From assembly GCA_000182565.2 (NCBI GenBank), contig KQ257450.1: DNA of 51,612 bases; one strand, written 5' to 3'. Every line of letters starts with the position of its first letter. The stretch's first letter is position 1. This stretch comes from Spizellomyces punctatus DAOM BR117 (Eukaryota). The translations under genes were made by a program, and so were the position numbers. This document shows, one piece after another, positions 1 to 8,870 of this stretch. The notes beneath the pieces are model-generated. The model was given only the letters and a program-made list of their open reading frames with translations. It had not been told where the DNA came from and searched no databases.

Positions 1-542
1 GAGATCACACAAGTGTTGACAGACATTGCATCAGTCCTACCATAGCGGGCATTCACAATCTCCAAGAAGGTGTGCGCATTCGGTGCTACGCGTTTAACTT
101 GGATGGCCTGGAGAACAAAAGATGACCAGTTCAGTCGCATGTGGAGTTTTCCCCTCATGTATTGGCACCTACCAGAATTGCGAATAAAAGAACTTGAATA
201 GTTGCTCCGGCCGCGTACCAGAAGGGTCCGGAAATGCCGTATCTTGACAAGCATGATGAGTATGTTTTCGGTGTATGCATTTGTACGCCTCAAGCGTGCT
301 ACTTACTGGTATGCAACACTAGAACTTTGCAAAAGGGTAGCAGCCCAGGTCCAGGAACTAACAACCGCACAGGCAACCAGGCCTGTTTTCATGGATCTTC
401 CGGCGGTCGCAAACATCTCAGATGTCTGCTCTTCTTGCATGTAACGTTTGAGCAAGTACGTAATGAGGGTAATTAAAAGCGAAAAAAAGACGCCGAAGCC
501 CAGGACAACCGCCCAGCCGGCTCCTTGCGGTAAGACAGCCAT
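1..542 (-). CDS. DUR3: Urea/polyamine active transporter (sodium:solute symporter family); 5' part only, continues beyond the window start
   Basis: Exons 542-307, 242-173 and 107-41 with GT-AG introns splice to [17 protein letters not shown]...[85 protein letters not shown], the characteristic DUR3 N-terminus. Confidence 0.95.
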
Positions 543-826
543 GGAGATCTGGGATATGAACAGAGGATGAAGCTAGAAAGGCTAGTCGGAAGCGTGAAGG
601 TAAGAGTTGGAGGAGCAGAGTGGGGCATCTTGAAAGTCCCGCCGAATTTAAAAGAACTGAGGGCAATAACTCAAAGCAGATTAAGACCCGGGCGGAAACC
701 GCCGGATCAGCTGCAAAAGCAGGAGTTACTGAGGTTCTTGCTCCCAACAATGCCCGTGTTCGTTGGACAGGTTTCACGGAACCCTTTGCCATTTCCTTTC
801 AAGGTTTTCTTTGCAGATGAACAGAG

Positions 827-1119
827 CTTATCAGAGTCGAGATACGAACCCCGCCTACCTCCTTCCCCACTCACGCGATCAGGTTGACGTTCGACAAGCG
901 GAGCATTTTCACATGTCTCGTGTGGAGGCAATCTTATCACAAATTCCAAGAGATCGCCATCGCGAACCCGGATATATGTTGGCCAATATTTTGGATTTTC
1001 GATAAGATTATAAAGTTACACAAATGTTGATAGATAAAGCCTTATCCTGCGCGTTTCATTAATTCCTTTGGATCTACAGGGGCTTTTACTTTCTGGTCAT
1101 GGTATTACTTTAGATTATC
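827..1119. promoter_or_regulatory. Cluster of GATA (GATAA/TTATC) elements upstream of DUR3; putative nitrogen-regulated GATA-factor sites
   Basis: CTTATC at 827, 933 and 1041; GATAAG at 1001; GATAGATAAA at 1029; TTATC at 1115. Confidence 0.5.
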
Positions 1120-1408
1120 TGCCACTTTAACAACCTAAAAAACACGGGAACAACTCATTTGTTGTAGTACGCTAGATTGTCTGGAAAGCTCACCATCGTC
1201 CAACGTACCCGAACGAACCAATGACAAGCCAATGGCTGTTCTGACGTTTGGTTTGGGCTACTGGGGTTGTTCATGCATCATGCATTTCCTGCTTTTGTTC
1301 TACCATTGAAACAGAAGGAGCTAGAGAATTAGAGAGTCTATGCAGAATTTCTTTTTCGCAGGTCGAAATTTATATCAATCCCACCGTAATGCAACTGAAA
1401 TAACTATT

Positions 1409-1488
1409 GCATAAAGGCCAAGTAATATAGATATCCTGTATTGTGAGAGCATAAAGGCCCAGTAACATAGATATCCTGTTCTGTGAGA
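1409..1488. repeat. Two-copy 40-bp tandem repeat
   Basis: gcataaaggccaagtaatatagatatcctgtattgtgaga followed by gcataaaggcccagtaacatagatatcctgttctgtgaga (4 mismatches). Confidence 0.9.
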
Positions 1489-1673
1489 TTGTACTGGAAA
1501 TACACTTTGTGGTGGGTTAGGCGGCAGTTAAAGCAGTAGAACCTATGTACTAGTCAGTTAATAGATATTTTAGTCCCCAAGCCACGGGTGGACTATTACC
1601 GATTAAGTAATCAAAAATGCAGCTGCTTTGGTTTGAGTTCAAACACTCAACAACGAGGAAGAACACTAGCACC

Positions 1674-2804
1674 ATGTACACCACAGAGCCTACCTCTCTT
1701 CCGCCCCGAACAACGATACGAACCTTATCCATTGCCCGACATGCTGATATAGTGAATACTCCACATTGGAGGCAAAAAGAAGTTGCAGCCTTGCGGAACG
1801 GAATACGGGCCACCGTATACATGACAAATGGTGATCGTTATGTAGGAGAATGGAAGGATGGTTTAAAAGAGGGTTAGTGAGTGTTATATTTTGGTAGACA
1901 AGGAAGCGGAGATTTATTTACAAAATGCATAGGCAATGGAACGTACTGTTACGCAAGCACGGGGGCCGTATACGAAGGGGAGTGGGCAAGAGATCTTCGC
2001 AACGGATTTGGAACATACTCTGTTCCAGCATTGCCTCAACCTGTTCAAGGAAAAACAAAAAAACCATTGCTTCCTTCGTTGCCCACCCTAAAAACGCCGC
2101 CTCGGGCGCAATCTACCCCAGGTTCTCATACTGGCCCTCTCCGCAAAGTCTATGCCGGGTCCTGGCTTGATGACCTCCGGCACGGCCGTGGCACTTGTTT
2201 CTACGAGGACGGCTCGGTATATGACGGGATGTGGGAGGAGGACGTCCGGGAGGGTTGGGGACGCATGACGTACAAAAGTAGTGGCAGCGTCTATGAAGGA
2301 GAATGGCATGAGGGAATGCGGCATGGGCAAGGCGTATTGGTCTTGGGTATGTATCTGCAATTGCCTTCATTTCCAATTCTGTATTTTCCTCACTCTCAAC
2401 CTGTGATAGCAAACGGAGACCGATACGAGGGAACTTTCCTCAACGACATGAAAGAGGGTCCTGGGCGATTTATTTATCGAACAAAGCGTCAATGTTATGA
2501 AGGTGAATGGGCATTGGACACGCCCAAGTGCGGGACGTTGCGGGACTTGCCCCCATTGGCTGGACCTGAGGGAATGGGCCCAAATGCTCGAAAGTGGTGG
2601 CCTATACCCGAGGTAAGCATTGCGGTGTGATAGCGAGACCGCTTTCGACATGTGGAGCTGTAAACTCACCCAGTTTTACACTATTGTTAGCTGAAATTGC
2701 AGGATCCTGCTGGTATTCTCGATCACGAACGCGAGGCTGTTCTGCAAGAACGTCTACAACGGATTATGGGAGAATCTTTGGAACATGATGGAGAAGCGGG
2801 TTGA
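1674..2804 (+). CDS. MORN-repeat protein, MORN3-like (flagellar/axonemal)
   Basis: Exons 1674-1872, 1933-2346, 2410-2612 and 2691-2804. Multiple MORN repeats (YVGEWKDGLKEGNG, YEGEWARDLRNGFG, YDGMWEEDVREGWG, YEGEWHEGMRHGQG) and a MORN3-like tail (PKCG...PIPELKLQDP). Confidence 0.85.
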
Positions 2805-3208
2805 ATCATAGCCACATATTTGAGCTCCATTGACTTTCCGGTGCTTGGCACTAACGAACACATCGTGTGCATCAATGTAGCAGCATTATAGCTGTCTATG
2901 TAGAAATAAGCAACATAACCACTTGCAATTGTCAAAAGGTGTGCAATGCCATTGCGACCTTCGTAATACCTCCTCAAGAAAATGGGTTGTATTACTGACG
3001 GAACGGCTTTATCTTAGTGTGGAGGTGATTGAAAATGGCACTAGGACCCTTTATTATCCGGATTAATCCGGTTAATCATATCGCATAATCAGCACCCCCT
3101 CTATTGCTCAAAACGGTGTGGCATGTATTGTAATGTTCGCCAAACTGTGGTGTGGCATGCATGTAATGTTTTTTTTTTTAAACTGCAGTGAGGCGCATGC
3201 CAAAGGTC

Positions 3209-3215
3209 TATAAAA
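3209..3215 (+). promoter_or_regulatory. Canonical TATA box
   Basis: TATAAAA followed by GGGGG and a pyrimidine-rich tract, about 95 nt upstream of the ATG at 3305. Confidence 0.55.
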
Positions 3216-3239
3216 GGGGGGCCTTTTCCCTCTTTCCTC

Positions 3240-3752
3240 TTTACCCATCCTCGACTCGCAAAACATCTGCGCAACGCTCACGCAGCACTCTCAAGTCCAT
3301 CATCATGAGAATGCCGCTCTGGTGCCGAGGACCTTGCCCTCCCGACAACAACAAACATAACCCCTTGCAAACGCTGCTACTACTATACTGCTACGATCGC
3401 AGGTATGCATTATCTTTGTATTTTCCCACGCGTATTCCCAGTCTAATTCCCATTACCTTAGTATCTGAACATCCTCCGACTAAAGAATTTCGGAAGGGCT
3501 TAGTAGGATTTCTCTCGTGTGGTGGGCTTAGTTACCCGGTTAGAACCAACCGTAATGTATTGCATGTGTAATTGGGCCTAGTGGTAGTTAGTGGAATCGT
3601 GCTGCTTTGCACGTACCCCAGTTCAACCCAGGCTGGAACCTGTAGCGAGTTAGGATAGGGGTGGGACTCGTTTGCAGGATAGGTTATGAAGGGTTGGACA
3701 GGCTGGCTAATTGTAAATTCGAACCGGCTGTAGTGGGTTGGAGGGAGCATTT
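3240..3752 (+). ncRNA. Candidate spliced, structured non-coding RNA or small-ORF transcript (34 aa, MRMPLWCRGPCPPDNNKHNPLQTLLLLYCYDRSI); ends approximate
   Basis: TATA box upstream. Canonical 59-nt intron at 3403-3461 (GTATGC...CTAAT...TTAG). Several long complementary segments with G-U pairs on the + strand. Confidence 0.35.
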
Positions 3753-3874
3753 GTCCCTAGTGACATTTTCTACCACCTGCACACTATCGTAAAAGGCAGC
3801 ATCTCATAAGCTTGTACAGCCCATCTTGATAAATTACAATTAACGAGTTTTTGAATGATCTTCATATTCCACGC

Positions 3875-3946
3875 AGCACCATAGCGCAGAGGAAGCGCGC
3901 AGGGCTCATAACCCTGAGGCCCCTGGATCGAAACCAGGTGGTGCTA
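3875..3946 (+). tRNA. Initiator tRNA-Met (CAT)
   Basis: 72-nt cloverleaf with acceptor stem AGCACCA/TGGTGCT (A1-U72), anticodon arm CAGGG-CTCATAA-CCCTG (three G-C pairs) and T-loop ATCGAAA (A54). These are eukaryotic initiator hallmarks. Confidence 0.97.
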
Positions 3947-3969
3947 CTAGTTGGATATTATCGTGGCAA

Positions 3970-3978
3970 TTTTTTTTT
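3970..3978 (+). terminator. Pol III oligo-T terminator of tRNA-iMet
   Basis: Run of T about 24 nt downstream of the tRNA. Confidence 0.75.
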
Positions 3979-4161
3979 CACTGTCCACTACATTGGAGGC
4001 ATTAACGCGCGCTAATGTACACCATATTTCTTTGGACTGTACCATAATCCTTGAACTAATGCGCTGAATTACTCTCTTTACCACACGAACGAGCATAAAC
4101 AAAAACTCGACATGCAGGAATAATACTGTTGATATGACACTACGGCTAATGAAATGTTTCC

Positions 4162-5392
4162 CTAGAACTGGTTCTTATTCTGCTTATGGAAGTTGTGATT
4201 CTGGTTGGATTTCTTCGAGTTATTGTTGTTGAAAGCTATGGAGCTGCTGGTTAATATCCGTATGAGACCATGCCAGATATGCACTAGGACATACCATTTG
4301 TGTTTGACAGGTTCTTGTGGTCCTTTTTGATTGAGTTATCCTGGTTCTTCTTGTGCAGCACGTCATTGTTGTTATTCGCTCTGAGATGATCCTTTTTGAG
4401 ATTGTTCTGGTTGAAGTTGTTCTGGTTGTTGTTATTCTGGAAAGCCGAATTCTTTTGATCCTTCTTATTCTGGTTGTTGATGATTTGAGGGCCCCACCAT
4501 CCGCCAGCAACTTCAACCTGTTCATTTTCGACCTCGGCAGCTTCAGCATCGTAACCGTAACCGCCGTAGGGATAGCCGTAGCCACCGTAACCACTAAACT
4601 TCTTGCCTTTACCGCCGTAGCCATAGCCATAACCGCCAGCAGCTTCAACCTCCTCGTTCTCTAGATCCGCAGCTTCAACATCGAACTTCTTGCCGTAACC
4701 GTAACCGCCGTAGGGATAGCCGTAACCACCGTAACCACCATAACCACCAAATTTCTTGCCTTTGCCGCCGTAACCCAAGCCATAACCGCCATAACCGCCC
4801 GCAACTTCTACCTCCTCTTCTTTGACATCCGCAGCTTCAACTTCGAATTTCTTGTTTTGCTTGTTGAAATGATTATTGTTGTTAACATTTTTCTTATTGC
4901 TGTTCTGGTTGTTTGCATTTTGATTGTTTTTATTCTGTAATGACGGGGAATCATGCGATAAATTAAATTCTGGCCCCAAACGATGAAAATCACAGCGTAC
5001 ACACCAAATGATCTTTTTTGATTGAGTTATTCTGGTTCTTCTTGTGCAGTACATTGTTGTTGTTGTTCGCTCTGAGATGATCCTTTTTGAGATTGTTCTG
5101 GTTGAAGTTGTTCTGGTTGTTGTTGTTCAGGAAAGCTGAATTTTTTTGATCCTTCTTATTCTGGTTGTTGATGATTTGAGGCCCCCACCATCCGCCAGCC
5201 GCTTGGACCTCTTCCTCTACAGCCTTAAACGATGAATGAAGGATGATGAGCAAGACGACAGGATGGGCCAAGGGACAGCCGCTGTAATCGACGGTGCAAG
5301 CATACCAAGTCTTGGGGCGCCGGAGCCGCGAGAGTAGGCGCAAAGAACAAGGCTGGAGCAATGCCGGCAGCAAGAAGATAGATGGTTTTCAT
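4162..5392 (-). CDS. Secreted repetitive protein with Asn/Gln/Lys-rich and Gly/Tyr-rich modules separated by acidic spacers
   Basis: Exons 5392-5306, 5223-5005, 4934-4295 and 4235-4162 splice in frame. Signal peptide MKTIYLLAAGIAPALFFAPTLA. TATAAAA on the minus strand at 5502-5496. Confidence 0.85.
4318..5199. repeat. Intragenic direct repeat of about 190 bp (4318-4508 and 5009-5199) flanking GGY-coding tandem repeats (about 4551-4810)
   Basis: Two near-identical copies encode AGGWWGPQIINNQNKKDQKNSAF...SIKKDH. Repeated (ccgtaa/ccatag) units encode GYG. Confidence 0.9.
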
Positions 5393-6024
5393 GTTGGCGG
5401 ATAAGCTGATGTATAGTAGGCTTTTGAATGGTAAGCGTAGAGCAAGTTGATGACAACGGATAACTGGGTAGATGGGGCCCAACATGACGATCCCATTTTA
5501 TAGACAAAATTTGTATTCACTGTAGAGGAAGAACTCAGAGGATGGGAACTGGTAGGGATTGGGAAGATAGAGAGGTTTCAAACTTAAAAATTCAAAAAGG
5601 TTAACCTTAAAAGTCATCACCAGTCTTCAGTATCATACATTCATCCCTGAGACATTGAAATTGCGAGTGTTCATGCCGCCTCCACTGCAGTGAAGTTCAA
5701 CGACGCTTTCACCTGACCAACGATAATGGCTTGGGAGGTTGTTTCTAGCGGATCACCCCTTTTTGAGCCTGACGAGTAGCGCTTACAGCTACATAGTCAT
5801 CATCTGAACATGTCGATGGAACCTTGGCATGTCGCTCATAAGGTTTACGCAAGGACACGATAGACCCTCTGACGTACACATCCTTTCTGGTGCCAACGTT
5901 TTCTTGTTTTCCATGAATACTCTCAACCTGGATTTACCCATTTCGAGCAAGACGTTGAAATAGACAGCACTATGAGATGGGCTACAAGGGAGCTATCTGG
6001 TGCGTCTACGCTACAGGCTGGCTA

Positions 6025-7783
6025 TCAGACGGGTAAGGCAACCTTTACGAAACTTGAAATGCGCTTCAGATCATGCCAATATATCGCAATTTTCGTTTCG
6101 GAAAGGATAATAGCTGAAAGAGAATGGATAAGGGCAAATATATTTACAGAGACTAACTGGGCAACATACCATCATTCACAATGTAGGTGGGATTCCTGTA
6201 TCCAGCCATAGCTACTGTTCCTCGACCATGATAAGCTCGCGCTGTTTGAAATTCTGGATCTTTCAGAGCTGGCAAAAATATTTTGGAAGCGTCATCATTG
6301 AGTTCAGTGCCGTCCTCGGCCAGATCGTCTCCGATCCTGGAATCGCCTATCCAAGGTATACCGGTCCCATCACCCAGATTTACGCGACAGCTCACTTCGC
6401 CCCGAGGCACATTGACGTCGCCAGTAATTTTGTAAAAGACGAGGTGAATGTCTTGTACAGAGGCGTCCAGCGCATTTGCAACCCACTCGTACCGCAGCAG
6501 AACATATTCAATTCCGTGTGACCCATAAGTACCAGCCCAAATTCCTTCCAAAGGTTTTATCACCATATTTGACGGCGCTATCGCGCTCTTGTGATTCGCG
6601 TCGAGCTTAATTTGACTCCATATTGTCTGATATCTTCCCGTTTTAAATCGCAGTTCACCTTCGGGGGCTCGAAGGGTCACAGTCCGGACGCCATACTCAT
6701 GGCATTTGAGAGGGCAATGAATCGTTAAAGTATTTGCTGGCATTTCCCAGGAGGCATCCTCGAGCTCGCCATTTGTCTGAAGTAACGGGTTGAACGCGAG
6801 AGGCGGCTCGTTAGAATCAAACATGGTAATCAGAGTGCCTTCCGCACGGAGGACACGCGAATTCTCCGGGTACGGCCATAAGCCTGTGGATGGGGATGGT
6901 CGGAAATATGGGAAATGATCTGAAGACATATGTGGATTAAACAGTAGAAGACGGGCTAGAACTGTGTCCGATTAAATCCATGCTATGGAAGTTACCTTGG
7001 CATAGCTGATAACTACGGAAAGTTTCCTGTCCATCATCGACAACACTCATATGTTTCCGCAGTGTTGTAGATTGTGCTCTGTTCCCAAAACATATCGTAT
7101 AGCTCGAGATTCCCTCTTGATCGTACGCGGATCCAATAGCATCCTCGGTATTTTCGAGAGGGGCACTCGTTCTTCGGCGCCTTCTCGATACTTGTTCAGG
7201 GCCGTCAAAGGATGGGGAGACACGGTGGAGCCCTTCACCGCACGGCTCAAAGCATATCTCGAATACCCTCGTACGACTCAATGATAGCTGTAAACTGTCA
7301 ACTGATACCCCTTGGATCGCTCCAAATTGTTGCTCTGAGATTGGAGATATGTTGGTGGCAGAGAGATTTTCTCCAATGATACTAGCATCAGTAGGATTGA
7401 TACGAACTTGAAGAAGTTGACCGGTGAAGAATGGGTAATTGGCCTGTTGTCGTCGACTTCCTCAAAATTGGATCTATAAACCATTTTCAATGACGCTGTC
7501 TTACCTGCCAGAGCCCTAGCATCCAGCCATAGCGGGCTAATACACCGACATAAAACCCCCTAATAGTTCGATACGGAAAAACATGCAAGTGTGTCTTTGC
7601 CTCGACTTTGTAGTTGACGAGGCACAAGCGTTGCCATAAAGTATCGTCGTTGGCAGCGGAATACAAGGTCCTAGAGACGGCCGATACAGTCGCGAGCTGC
7701 GACGCAGAAAGGAAGGAGAGGAGGTGAATGAGACATTCGCAAGGTAGGGCAGTCAGTGAATTAGGATGTGAAGAATTCAACAT
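6025..7783 (-). CDS. F-box protein with an FBXO31-like C-terminal beta-barrel (DUF3506/cyclin D1-binding type)
   Basis: N-terminal F-box LTALPCECLIHLLSFLSASQLATVSAVSRTLYSAANDDTLWQRLC. C-terminal motifs GIWAGTYGSHGIE and KITGDVNVPRGE. Exons approximately 7783-7505, 7443-6996, 6919-6170 and 6113-6025. Confidence 0.8.
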
Positions 7784-8139
7784 GGTGGTTATGGGTGCTC
7801 ATGACGCGTGCAGGAATGACTTACACAAGGCAATTGACACCGCCTGAAAATAAACAAGCACTGGGAGGGATAAGTTACGATGAGGTTATCTCAACCAAAC
7901 AAATCGAAAGCTGCCTTGGACGGAGAGTGCGTTGCAAGCTGTTGTGCACTTTTTGACGAAGCTGCATATATTGATTTTCTCTGGCATCTTTTGTATCAAT
8001 ATTTAGAATGTCGTCTTCCTTCATCAAATTGTGAACTCTCTCAAGTTAAACATATACAAGCGTCACTACTAACTAACACTACTTTTTTAAAACATGTACA
8101 GGACATAAATCACGTTTCTAGGTGAGGGACTCTTATAAC

Positions 8140-8870
8140 CTACTCTTCATTTGGCTCTTCATTGTGATCATCTTCGACGGGACGCTCTTCTAGCTCCATG
8201 TCTCGACGGATTTTCTTTGGAGGCACCGGTCGCAAAGCGGCTCCACCCAGGTTCAGCACAAACGGAGGCGTTGGTGTTGGTGTTGGTGAAGCTGTGGTGC
8301 TGCTTACTTTTGCGGAGCTTGTTGTTGCAACAACAATCTTCTCTGATGTCCCAAACGTTGCCGTTCCAACCACTCCATAAGCCTTGCTCATATCCAACAC
8401 ATCATAGCAGACTGCAACTTGGACCCAACCCCCTGGTTGAACTGCGTTGTTTACGCCATTGATTGGTGTGGCTCGTAGATTGCCTCCTTGATTCTCTTGC
8501 CAAATATCCGCGACTGCGTTGGAGATCCACCAGACCTGACTATTGGTGAGGATGATATCGAGAGTCCAAATTGTGGATGGATACCAATAGGCAGCACTGG
8601 GATTGTGGGTGATGTTAAATGTTCCGCAAAAAATTCCGTTCCTGGCGTCTTGAAAGGTAAAGGCCATGGGAACTGTCACGGTAGATAACGGAGTAATGTT
8701 GGCGGGGAGGGATGTATCTATCGGGGCGAGGTCAGCAATGGCCGTCTCAGCGTAAAATCTTTCTATTAGCATTGGTACATACCACCGAGAACTTGTCTAG
8801 CAATTAAGCTTCTTGCTTGGCTGCTCCCCACTAGTAGAATAGCGGCGGCGACAAAGAACCACAATGCCAT
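8140..8870 (-). CDS. Secreted protein with a CBM2-like carbohydrate-binding module and a Ser/Thr/Pro linker
   Basis: Signal peptide MALWFFVAAAILLVGSSQA and one GT-AG intron (about 8782-8718). A domain of about 100 aa is bracketed by Cys (IFCG...AVCY) and has spaced Trp residues and NNAVQPGG. It is followed by a PTPTP linker and a KKIRR plus acidic tail. Confidence 0.65.

Noticed and set aside
1409-1488. Repeat resembling a CRISPR array
   Set aside because: Only two adjacent copies, no spacer, eukaryotic context and no cas genes.
3351-3366. CATAACCCC as a telomerase RNA template
   Set aside because: It is not a 1.5-copy permutation of TTAGGG or any other repeat, and it lies within a predicted helix.
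3293-3532. AAGTCC...GGGCTTAGT as the RNase MRP/P P4 helix, or CAGGCTGGAAC as SRP helix 8
   Set aside because: The flanking conserved-region consensus (GARAG before P4, ACAnnnGGGGCU, the AGG-GNRA-AGCA loop, the Alu UGUNR motif) is not matched.
3466-3725. TGA as selenocysteine with a SECIS at ATGAAGGG...TTCGAACC (about 3686-3725)
   Set aside because: Helix II is weak, there is no properly placed apical AA motif, and the read-through peptide resembles no selenoprotein family.
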